Made by a program: the position numbers and the translations under genes
The notes under the pieces: generated by a model
Database searches by the model: none
Told to the model about the DNA's origin: nothing
What the model saw: only the letters and a program-made list of their open reading frames with translations
Assembly (NCBI GenBank): GCA_937920255.1
Contig: CALDSL010000003.1
Coordinates: 2,432-66,431 of the forward strand
Reading direction: 5' to 3'
Source: an uncultured Anaerolineaceae bacterium
GTDB taxonomy: Bacteria; Chloroflexota; Anaerolineae; Anaerolineales; Anaerolineaceae
Length of the DNA stretch: 64,000 nucleotides
Shown here: positions 29,499-37,944 of the stretch, one piece after another
How positions within the stretch are numbered: position 1 is the first letter of the stretch
How the letters are laid out: every line of letters starts with the position of its first letter

Positions 29499-30764
29499 TC
29501 AGGCACCCTCGCCGTTCGAGCGCGCTGTCTGGCTGCTCAGCTTGCGCAGCAACCGCGAGCGGCGGTGCTCCAGCTCTTTGAGCATCTCGCGCCGAGAGAC
29601 GATGCCGCTCACGCAGCGGTCAACCATGCCGATGGCGCGTTCGGTCCATTCCAGCGCCTGGTCGAACTGGCGTTGCTGGTGCTCGAAATATTTCGCCAGC
29701 TCGACGCACGCCGGTAACCAGTCATGATCAACTGCCTTGCGCCACAGGCTGGTCGTGTTCTCCCAGTCACCCTGTTTGCGGTACAGCGCGGCAAAGCGCT
29801 CCAGAGTCTGGATGAAAAACGGCTCGGGCATGCCCAACGAAAGCCCGGCCTCGTATAGCTGGACAGCGGGCGTATACAGGCCCAACTCCTCGTACAGCCG
29901 TGCGATCGCCACCACATCCAGCCCCTGTGGAACGGCAAAACCCAGCGGGTCATCCAGCAGATGGGCGGTGTACTGGAACAGCGCCGCCAGCGAGAGAATG
30001 TCCATGGCGTTGTGATACAACACGCCGCTGAGCTGGCTGGCGTCACCGCTGCGCAGATAGTCAAAATAAATTTCGGGGATCATGTAGCCCGGCACTTCAT
30101 CCTGCGTACGGGTCACACCGACGATGTCCACTTCGAGGCTGCCGAGCGAACGGCTGGGCAGCCGGTTGCGCCACACGCGTCGCGCCACCGGTAGCAGATC
30201 AATATGCCCGAAGTCTTCAAATGGGTGCGTGAAAGCGTTGAGCACGTGACGTGTCTTGAGCAGGGGAACGTCGAACGACTTGCCATTGTAGGTCACCAGC
30301 GCGTCAAACTGGCCAAGGTACTGGTTGAGCAGGTACAGCATAGCCCGCTCTTCCTCGGGCGAGCGCATCAGCAGTTGGATCAGGTGAAACCCATCCGGCG
30401 TCAAGTGGCCGATGCCGACCAGAAAAGCGAAAGTTCCGGTGCCGCCACCCAGACCGGTGGTTTCGGTGTCCAGAAATAGCAAGCGACCGATACCGCTGAT
30501 GGATAAGTGCGGCACACGGCAGCATTCGGTCAGCATGCGCATGTTCAAGGTTGGGTCAAACCGGATGGAGCCGTGTTCGTACTGGCTGCCGTACCAGTTT
30601 TCCACCACATAGGTCGAACCAAACGGCGTATTGACGACTTCGCCGGGGATCAGCGCTTCGATATTGCGTTTTTTGCGCGCCGGCGGGGTAAGATTGCGCG
30701 CCCCGACCTGCACGCCCAGCGATTTGAGCTTATCGGAAAGCGATTCAGACACGGTCGCCTCCAT
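29499..30764 (-). CDS. mrfB: RNase H-like (DEDD) exonuclease with C-terminal TPR region; YprB/MrfB-like
   Basis: LLFLDTETTGL (Exo I) and HNAMDILSL (Exo III). The helical C-terminus is TPR-like. An alternative GTG start at 30752 follows GGAGG. Overlaps the helicase stop. Confidence 0.7.
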   Translation of the reverse strand: MEATVSESLSDKLKSLGVQVGARNLTPPARKKRNIEALIPGEVVNTPFGSTYVVENWYGSQYEHGSIRFDPTLNMRMLTECCRVPHLSISGIGRLLFLDTETTGLGGGTGTFAFLVGIGHLTPDGFHLIQLLMRSPEEERAMLYLLNQYLGQFDALVTYNGKSFDVPLLKTRHVLNAFTHPFEDFGHIDLLPVARRVWRNRLPSRSLGSLEVDIVGVTRTQDEVPGYMIPEIYFDYLRSGDASQLSGVLYHNAMDILSLAALFQYTAHLLDDPLGFAVPQGLDVVAIARLYEELGLYTPAVQLYEAGLSLGMPEPFFIQTLERFAALYRKQGDWENTTSLWRKAVDHDWLPACVELAKYFEHQQRQFDQALEWTERAIGMVDRCVSGIVSRREMLKELEHRRSRLLRKLSSQTARSNGEGA

Positions 30765-33333
30765 TTTCGCCGCGGCGGGTGTAGGTTTTGCCGTTCAACA
30801 CCGCCAGCAGCGCCAGGGTTTCTTCTTTGCCGCCCACGCCGTTTTCTCCGGCCGGGCCGACACACGAGGGGCAGCCCTCTTTGCAGTCGCACTCACTCAC
30901 CAGCTCGTAGGCGCGTGCCATCAACTCGGCTTGAATGCGGTATAGATTCTCGCTCAACCCGATGCCGGCCGGAACTTTATCATAGATAATCACCACCGGA
31001 GCGCCGTCTTCGAACGTGCATTCCTGCTCGGCGTGGCCGCCCAGGTCCTCCGCGTCGCACATCAGGAACAGCGGCGCCAGGTTGTTGAGGGTGTAGCTCA
31101 GCCCGGAAAGCCCGGTGCGGATGCGCACTGCGGTCTCGACCCGCCGGTGGCAGGAAGGGCACAGAGTCACCAGGTTTTCGAGCTGGTTGGCCGCCAGGTA
31201 GGAGTTGAACTGGCGGAAGGGGGTTTTGTGATGCACGTGATGCGAGCGGCCCATTTCCGCCGCGCCGCATACCTGGCAGGTGAAGTTGTCGCGCTCGCGG
31301 GCGCGGATGCGCTGCACCACCCAGTTGGGGCCGTAATTGTTCGGGTCGCTGTTCCAGGCGTTCTCGGCGCGTAATTTGTCGACGGTATCATCCGAAATGC
31401 GCAGCCAGAACCCGGTGGTACGCAACTGCGTGGGCGGCAAATCGACAGGCCCGGTACCCAGCACTTCGTGGGTGAACCACCGCACGCGACGGTAGCCGGT
31501 GGTCTGAGTGGTGACGAGAATATCGCCCCAGGCCTTTTTCGCGCCGGTCACGTCGGATTCGGCCAGAGTCTCGATCTTTTCGACGCTGACCTCGCGCTGT
31601 GGCTCGGTATAGAAATCGCTGTCCACCGGTTTCAGCCGTGCGATTGCGTTTTCCAGATCGAGGGTTTCCACCTCGAAGGTCTGGCCTTCGTGCAGGTAGA
31701 TGGCTTGCGGGTGCACCAGCCAATAGGCGCTGGATTCGTCCACCGTGCCGATGGTAACCATGCGCCCGTCCACATCGGCCTGCAGCACCACCGGCTGCGC
31801 GGACGTGCTGCGCAGCGAGATCTGCGCGGCGGGATAAGCGTCAGCCATCCAGAAGAAGCGATCACCGCTGTCATGCAACTCACCGGTCTCGGACAGGAAC
31901 GCCAGGTACTCCTGCAGCGCGTCGACATCCAGGTTGCCAAAGCGTTCGCCCTTGCTGAAAGCCATCTCAAACGCGGCGCAGCGCAGGTGCTGCAGCAGAA
32001 TGAGAGGATTATCCGGGTTGATCAGGGCCTGTTCAGGCGAACGCGAGCGGATGTACTCAGGGTGCTTCATCAGGAACTGGTCCAGCGGGGCAGCCGAGGC
32101 GACCAGCACGGCCAGCGCGTCGCCGTGGCGGCGACCGGCGCGGCCGGCTTGCTGGCGCGTGGCGGCGATAGTGCCGGGATAACCGACCAGCAGCACCGCG
32201 TCCATCCCGCCGATATCGATGCCCATCTCGAGCGCATTGGTAGCCACCACCGCGCGCACCTCGCCGCTCCGCAGCCCCGATTCAATCGCCCGGCGCTCGC
32301 CGGGCAGGTAACCGCTGCGGTAGGCGTGCAATTGGCTGGCCTGATCGCCGGCTTCGTGGCGCAGATTTTTCAAAATGATCTCCACCGAGCGGCGCGCGCG
32401 GCCAAACAGGATCGTCTGCACCTGGTAGGCCAGCAAATCACCGGCCAGACGGATGCTCTCCGCGCTGGCGCTGCGCCGGATGCCGATATTCGCATCGGTA
32501 ATGGGGGGATTGTACAGCAGGAAATGCCGCGCGCCGTGCGGCGACCCGTCGCGCTGAATGACCGACACCGGCGCCTCAACCAGACGCTGCGCGTGCTGCT
32601 CCGGGTTGGCGATGGTGGCCGAGGTCATAATGAAGACCGGGTCAGCCTGGTAAAAGCGCAGGATGCGCTTGAGCCGCCGCACAAGATTGGCCACATGCGA
32701 GCCAAATACGCCGCGGTAGGTGTGGATCTCGTCGATGACCACGTAGCGCAGACCACGCAGAAAATCGGCCCAGTTGGTGTGATGGGGCAAAATGCCGGTA
32801 TGGAGCATATCCGGGTTGGTGAGGATGATATTGGCCTGCCCGCGAATGGTCGACCGGCGGTGCTGGGGGGTGTCGCCGTCATACACGGCGGCGCCGGGGG
32901 CGTTTCGCCCGGAGGGCAGGTGCGCGGCAATCGCAGCCGAGAGCTGGTTCAAGCCCTGCTGCTGGTCATAGGTCAGGGCCTTGGTGGGGAACAGGTACAG
33001 CGCTTTCGCGCCCGGGTCGTCGATAATGGCCTGCAATACCGGAAGGTTGTAACACAGGGTTTTGCCGCTTGCGGTTTCAGTCACAACCACGATGTGCTCG
33101 CCGTGGCGCACCGCGTCCCAGGCGTCCATTTGATGCGCATATAGCGAGGAAATACCCCTGCCGCGCAGCGCGTCCGCCAGGGCAGGGTGGAGATCCTGGG
33201 GAAAACCGGCGTACAGCGGCTCGCGCGCTTCATCGACGTACCACTGAACGATATTTCCAGCAATGGTCGGCTCGCTGCGCCAATTTTCCAGCAAACGCGG
33301 CAGATATTTTGAATGGGTGTCTGGGCTCATCAT
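30745..33333 (-). CDS. mrfA: DEAD/DEAH-box helicase with C-terminal DUF1998 (MZB) Cys4 domain; YprA/MrfA-like
   Basis: TETASGKT (Walker A), VIDEIH (DExH), TSAT and QQAGRAGRR. The C-terminus carries CQVCG...CPSCH and CDCKEGCPSC cysteine clusters. Confidence 0.85.
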   Translation of the reverse strand: MMSPDTHSKYLPRLLENWRSEPTIAGNIVQWYVDEAREPLYAGFPQDLHPALADALRGRGISSLYAHQMDAWDAVRHGEHIVVVTETASGKTLCYNLPVLQAIIDDPGAKALYLFPTKALTYDQQQGLNQLSAAIAAHLPSGRNAPGAAVYDGDTPQHRRSTIRGQANIILTNPDMLHTGILPHHTNWADFLRGLRYVVIDEIHTYRGVFGSHVANLVRRLKRILRFYQADPVFIMTSATIANPEQHAQRLVEAPVSVIQRDGSPHGARHFLLYNPPITDANIGIRRSASAESIRLAGDLLAYQVQTILFGRARRSVEIILKNLRHEAGDQASQLHAYRSGYLPGERRAIESGLRSGEVRAVVATNALEMGIDIGGMDAVLLVGYPGTIAATRQQAGRAGRRHGDALAVLVASAAPLDQFLMKHPEYIRSRSPEQALINPDNPLILLQHLRCAAFEMAFSKGERFGNLDVDALQEYLAFLSETGELHDSGDRFFWMADAYPAAQISLRSTSAQPVVLQADVDGRMVTIGTVDESSAYWLVHPQAIYLHEGQTFEVETLDLENAIARLKPVDSDFYTEPQREVSVEKIETLAESDVTGAKKAWGDILVTTQTTGYRRVRWFTHEVLGTGPVDLPPTQLRTTGFWLRISDDTVDKLRAENAWNSDPNNYGPNWVVQRIRARERDNFTCQVCGAAEMGRSHHVHHKTPFRQFNSYLAANQLENLVTLCPSCHRRVETAVRIRTGLSGLSYTLNNLAPLFLMCDAEDLGGHAEQECTFEDGAPVVIIYDKVPAGIGLSENLYRIQAELMARAYELVSECDCKEGCPSCVGPAGENGVGGKEETLALLAVLNGKTYTRRGENGGDRV

Positions 33334-33393
33334 ATCGACGCGCTAGAGGCTCGAAGAAGGTGTGATCATCTCAATATTGTAAAGCGGTTCCAA

Positions 33394-33422
33394 ATTGATC
33401 GAACACTTGTTTAGGATTATAC
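33394..33422 (+). promoter_or_regulatory. Candidate sigma70-type promoter for the MFS gene
   Basis: TTGATC, 17-nt spacer, TATACT, read directly from the sequence. Confidence 0.45.
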
Positions 33423-33464
33423 TTGGTTAATTCCAGCACCAACAAACCACTTTGGAGGGTTTTG

Positions 33465-34766
33465 ATGGGATCACCGGCGCGAAATCGTTGGTATGCGGTA
33501 GCTCTGTTCTTCTTTTTCATGCTCCTTCATCAATCCGATAAACTCCTGATCGGCCCGCTGACAACCGATATTATGGACACCTTCGGCCTGACCCAGACGC
33601 AGATGGGGGCAGTATCCACCGGCGCGCTCGTAGTGGGTGCGGTGTTCTACCCGTTGTGGGGCTACCTGTACGACCGATACGCGCGCGGCAAGCTGCTGGC
33701 GCTGGCGTCGTTCATCTGGGGCGCCACCACCTGGCTCAACGCCATTGCGCCTACGTACCCGGCGTTCCTGGCCACGCGCGCGTCCACCGGCGTAGACGAT
33801 TCGAGCTACCCGGGCCTGTACAGCCTGATCTCGGACTACTTCAAACCCACCACGCGCGGCAAGATCTACGGCCTGCTGCAGCTCACCATGCCGCTGGGTT
33901 ATCTACTGGGGATGTTCCTGGCCATCCTGCTGGGCGGCAGCATCGGCTGGCGTTCGGTGTTCTACATCACCGGCTCGCTGGGTCTGGTGCTCTCGGTGCT
34001 GATCTTCTTCGGCGTCAAAGAAGCGCCGCGCGGCAAGAGCGAGCCGGAAATGGTCGGGCTGGAGCAGGTGGGCACGTATAAATTTGACTGGAAGATCGCC
34101 AAAGACCTGCTCAAGAAGCGCACGTTGTTGATGATCGTGGTGCAGGGCTTTTTTGGCGTCTTCCCGTGGAACGTGATCACCTACTGGTTCTTCACTTATC
34201 TGGAACGCGAGCGCGGCTATGAGCAGGGGTCGATCCTGATGACGATGGTGCCGGCGGTGCTTGTGCTGGCGGCGGGGTATCCCATTGGCGGCGCGTTAGG
34301 CGACTACTTCTTCAAGCGCAACACGCGCGGTCGCATCTACGTCTCCACTGTGGGCGTGGTATTGGGCGCGATTTTGCTGTACTTTACCATCCAGGTTCCG
34401 CTGGCCGTGCAAACCCGCTTTATGATCATGCTGTGCCTGACAGCGCTGTTTATTCCGTTCGCTTCTGCCAACGTGGTCTCCACGGTGTACGACATCACCC
34501 TGCCGGAAGTGCGCGCCACGGCCAACGCGGTGGAGAACTTCATCGAATCGGGCGGCGCGGCGCTGGCTCCGCTGATCGCCGGCATCATTGCCGATGCGCT
34601 TTCGCTGCGGGATGCCATCCTGATCATCTGCCTGAGCACCTGGGCGGTTTGCGCGGTCTTCTTCCTGATCACCAGCCGCTTTATCGACCACGATGTGCGC
34701 GTGCTGCGCAGTCAAATGCGTGAGCGCGCCGCGCTGGAACAGGCGCGCCAGGCGGCGGGCGGTTAA
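33465..34766 (+). CDS. MFS transporter
   Basis: About 12 predicted hydrophobic helices and a D-R-x-x-R-like loop (LYDRYARGK). The ATG at 33465 follows GGAGGG. Confidence 0.85.
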   Translation: MGSPARNRWYAVALFFFFMLLHQSDKLLIGPLTTDIMDTFGLTQTQMGAVSTGALVVGAVFYPLWGYLYDRYARGKLLALASFIWGATTWLNAIAPTYPAFLATRASTGVDDSSYPGLYSLISDYFKPTTRGKIYGLLQLTMPLGYLLGMFLAILLGGSIGWRSVFYITGSLGLVLSVLIFFGVKEAPRGKSEPEMVGLEQVGTYKFDWKIAKDLLKKRTLLMIVVQGFFGVFPWNVITYWFFTYLERERGYEQGSILMTMVPAVLVLAAGYPIGGALGDYFFKRNTRGRIYVSTVGVVLGAILLYFTIQVPLAVQTRFMIMLCLTALFIPFASANVVSTVYDITLPEVRATANAVENFIESGGAALAPLIAGIIADALSLRDAILIICLSTWAVCAVFFLITSRFIDHDVRVLRSQMRERAALEQARQAAGG

Positions 34767-35521
34767 TGGAAGCGCTGCTGCTCATACCTTTTGGGCTGCT
34801 GCTGGGGGCATTGATTGTCTATCTGGCGGATGTGCTCCCCTACCGGCGGCGGTTTTCGCGCCCGGTGTGCGCCTTCTGCGGAACGCAAATGGGCTGTCAA
34901 GCTTACGCATCGTTCCAACCCTGCCCGGAATGCGGCAAGGGGCGCCGAGCGCGCAACATCTTTGTGCCGATCCTTACGGCGGCGGTGGTCACCGCGCTGT
35001 GGTACCTTGACCCGCGAACACTGCCCATCGAACTGCCGTTCTGGCTGGCTGTGCTGCTGCTGGCCTTCTTCGCGCTGGTGGCGATCATCGACCTGGAATA
35101 TCACGCCGTGCTGACTGAAATGAGCGTGCTTGGCGCCGGGCTGGGGTTGGCGGCCGGGCTTCTGCGCAATACCTGGCTCGAGACCCTGGCGGGGGGCGCG
35201 GCCGGGTTTGGGATCATGCTGGTACTGTACCTGTTCGGCCGGCTGTTTGGGCGATGGCTGGCAAAGCGGCGCAGCGTGACGCTGGAAGACACCGAAGCGC
35301 TGGGCTTTGGAGACGTCAACCTGGGCGGGATCATTGGCCTGATCTTCGGCTGGCCGGCGGTGGTGGCTGGCCTGCTGCTGGCGATCATTCTGGGCGGCGC
35401 GGCCGGGTTGGTGCTGGTGCTGGTGAACACGCTTTCACGGCGCTACCGGGTGGGAACGTTTATCCCCTACGCGCCGTTCCTGGTGCTGGCCGCTGTGATT
35501 TTGCTCTATATTCCCTGGTAG
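34766..35521 (+). CDS. A24-family prepilin peptidase-like membrane protein
   Basis: N-terminal CAFCG...CPECG zinc motif, GFGDVNLGG Asp motif and a polytopic membrane topology. Confidence 0.7.
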   Translation: MEALLLIPFGLLLGALIVYLADVLPYRRRFSRPVCAFCGTQMGCQAYASFQPCPECGKGRRARNIFVPILTAAVVTALWYLDPRTLPIELPFWLAVLLLAFFALVAIIDLEYHAVLTEMSVLGAGLGLAAGLLRNTWLETLAGGAAGFGIMLVLYLFGRLFGRWLAKRRSVTLEDTEALGFGDVNLGGIIGLIFGWPAVVAGLLLAIILGGAAGLVLVLVNTLSRRYRVGTFIPYAPFLVLAAVILLYIPW

Positions 35522-35561
35522 GGGGGCCCTGGAGGGTTGCTCGCAGTTGCCGCGTCATGAT

Positions 35562-36293
35562 TTAATTTTCCTCTTCACCACCCATGTTTTTCAGACCCGC
35601 GCGCAGCAGGTTGATCTTTGCATCCTTCGCGCCTTTTTGCGCCGCGACGATCAGATCCGCAACGAATTTGCGGCGCGAGGTCCCGGCGCGCGGGCAGGGT
35701 GGGGGAGGGGGTGGAAAATCACAGGCGCGCGCGAAGCGGCGCAGGTCTTTTTCGTCCACGTAGCACAGCGGGCGAATCACGCGCAGCGCGCCGTCAAAAT
35801 AGCTGCGGGCGGGCGCCATCGTCTCCACCGCGCCGTGATACAGCAGGTTGAGCAGGGTGGTCTGCGCCAGGTCGTCGGCGTGATGGCCAAACGCGATCGT
35901 GCGGCAGCCTTCGGCCTCGGCCGCCTCGAACAGCGCGCGGCGGCGGTTCCAGGTGCAGCGGCGGCAGTCCATGGGCAGCGGCTCGCCGGGTGGCAATGTG
36001 AGGGGCTGGATCCGGTATGGGATGCCCGATTGATCCAGCCACGCTACCAGCGGCGCGTGTGGCGCATCCCACGGCCCGCGCCCGTCGGCGTTGACGTGAA
36101 TCGCCACCAGCTCATAACTTTCCAGCGCGGTCTTGCGGCGCAGATCGAGCAGCCGCAGCAGGCTGAAACTGTCCTTGCCGCCAGAAAGCGCCACGGCCAC
36201 GCGCTCCCCGCCGCGGATCATGTCAAATTCGCGGATGGCGCGGTTCACGTCTTTGAGGAGCCAGTACGCCTGGCGTTCAGGTGTGGTAGTCAT
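35562..36293 (-). CDS. ttcA: PP-loop ATPase, tRNA 2-thiocytidine synthetase TtcA-like
   Basis: ALSGGKDS PP-loop, HHADD, and CRRCTW and CPR cysteine motifs. Confidence 0.75.
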   Translation of the reverse strand: MTTTPERQAYWLLKDVNRAIREFDMIRGGERVAVALSGGKDSFSLLRLLDLRRKTALESYELVAIHVNADGRGPWDAPHAPLVAWLDQSGIPYRIQPLTLPPGEPLPMDCRRCTWNRRRALFEAAEAEGCRTIAFGHHADDLAQTTLLNLLYHGAVETMAPARSYFDGALRVIRPLCYVDEKDLRRFARACDFPPPPPPCPRAGTSRRKFVADLIVAAQKGAKDAKINLLRAGLKNMGGEEEN

Positions 36294-36373
36294 TGGATGG
36301 GGTGATTATACTGTAGGACGTGATGGTAGGAGTTAGATATTATGTTCTATATACAGCAATGTTGTGTTGCGAT

Positions 36374-36441
36374 ACCCGTACCCTTCGACAAGCTCAGGGT
36401 ACTTGCAGCGAAGTACCCTGAGCTTGTCGAAGGGTACGGGT
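36374..36441. repeat. Perfect 31-bp inverted repeat with a 6-nt loop (REP-like palindrome)
   Basis: acccgtacccttcgacaagctcagggtactt-gcagcg-aagtaccctgagcttgtcgaagggtacgggt, checked base by base. It contains the cctgagcttgtcgaagg core that translates as the FDKLR/PELVEG pseudo-peptides. Confidence 0.9.
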
Positions 36442-36606
36442 CTATATCAAGCCAACGCATACAGAAATCTATTATTCCGGATTGGGTGAGGGGATCAATA
36501 AACATGTGGATAAAATTACCAGGACAATAAAAACACCGTTTTCGAGAAATTCGAATCAAAATCCATCCAAAACGCCTGTGATCCAAAATCTCTCCCAAAT
36601 TCCCAC

Positions 36607-36635
36607 TTGAAAAGGGTGGGGAACGTGGGTATAAT
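36607..36635 (+). promoter_or_regulatory. Near-consensus sigma70 promoter upstream of the recombinase gene
   Basis: TTGAAA, 17-nt spacer, TATAAT, in an AT-rich tract 65 nt upstream of the ATG at 36700. Confidence 0.6.
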
Positions 36636-36699
36636 GAAATCAAAATTATGTTTCGCATAAGTATCATTATAAGAAGCATAACGATATGAGGAATATCCC

Positions 36700-37683
36700 A
36701 TGAAAACTCCCCCCCTGAGCATTCAGGACGCGATGAACCAGTACATCGATGTGGTGCAGATGGCGCGCAGTGAGAAAACCGCCGCCACCTACCGCAATGG
36801 ACTGCGCGAATTCAGCACCGTGCTGCGCGCGCACAAAATCAACACGGAAAGCCGCTCCCCCACCGATTTGACCGAAAATGCGGTGGGCTGGTTTATCAGC
36901 GCGCTGAAACGCTATTCTCCCGCCACCGAGCGCCTGTACCTGACCGCCGTGTCCGGGTTCTATGATTATCTGGCCGGCGAAGGGCTGGCGGAAATCAACC
37001 TGCCGCGCATCAAATTGCTGATCCGCCAGCGCGCCCGGCGGCCCGGCCAGCGGCTGCCGCAGTTTCCCAAAGACGATATTGACAAGGTGCTGGATGCGAT
37101 GATAAATATGATAATTACATCAGGCGAGGATCCTAATATTAAACTACGCGCATTACGCGACCGCGCATTTCTCATCACGCTGGCCGATACCGGGCTGCGC
37201 GTGCACGAAGCCTGCAAGCTGCGCCGGGGCGACATCGATTGGAACGAATATCGCGCCATTGTGATCGGTAAGGGCAACAAGCAGGCGGTGGTGCGCTTTT
37301 CGGCCCGCTCGATCAAGGCCCTGCGCGAGTACCACGCCGAGCGCGCTTCCCTGGATGGCGCCACCGGCCGTCCGCTGACCTCCCTGCCCCTCTTCGCGCG
37401 GCACGATAAGGGCGCCGGCAAGCGCGTGACCGCCATGAGCACGCGCACCGGCGAGAATATCGTCACCGAGCGCGTGACCGAGATTCTGGGTCCCGAAGCG
37501 GCCGGCACCATCACCCCTCACTCTTTCCGGCACTATTTCGTCACTACCGTGCTGCAGGGCTCCGGCAACCTCAAGCTGGCCCAGGAACTGGCCCGGCATA
37601 CCAATATCTCCGTCACCCAGCGTTACGCGCATCTGTCGGATGACGCGCTGGATAAGGGGTACGGAGAGATTTTTAACCAGTAA
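36700..37683 (+). CDS. Tyrosine-type site-specific recombinase/integrase (XerC/D-like)
   Basis: N-terminal SAM-like core-binding domain. The catalytic region has TGLRVHEACKLRR, HSFRHYF and RYAHL (R-H-R-Y set). Confidence 0.85.
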   Translation: MKTPPLSIQDAMNQYIDVVQMARSEKTAATYRNGLREFSTVLRAHKINTESRSPTDLTENAVGWFISALKRYSPATERLYLTAVSGFYDYLAGEGLAEINLPRIKLLIRQRARRPGQRLPQFPKDDIDKVLDAMINMIITSGEDPNIKLRALRDRAFLITLADTGLRVHEACKLRRGDIDWNEYRAIVIGKGNKQAVVRFSARSIKALREYHAERASLDGATGRPLTSLPLFARHDKGAGKRVTAMSTRTGENIVTERVTEILGPEAAGTITPHSFRHYFVTTVLQGSGNLKLAQELARHTNISVTQRYAHLSDDALDKGYGEIFNQ

Positions 37684-37944
37684 CCACCACTCCTAAGCCT
37701 GGCCGGCTGCTTCCCCGAAGCCGGCTGATACGCTTCAAGTTTTTCTCACTACAAGTACGCAGAAAAGCGAGAGGATACATTCCAGATGTTCACTGCGAAA
37801 TCGATAAATGAATCTGGAAAAGCCGTATCTCATAATCGTTTAATGCGTCATATAATTAATGTATCTGGTAACCCCTCAATACCGGGAAACACCAGTATGA
37901 GCGGGGGCGGAATTTCCAATCTTTTTCAGTCAAAAATGGGAGGG

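Noticed and set aside
31468-33144. 558-aa ORF antisense to the MrfA-like helicase
   Set aside because: It has no recognisable motifs, while the minus strand encodes a complete set of helicase motifs. This is a high-GC shadow ORF.
36342-36530. 62-aa ORF MFYIQQCCVAIPVPFDKLRVLAAKYPELVEGYG...
   Set aside because: It is the translation of the 31-bp palindrome (the FDKLR/PELVEG pseudo-peptide artefact). It has no RBS and lies in an AT-rich non-coding context.
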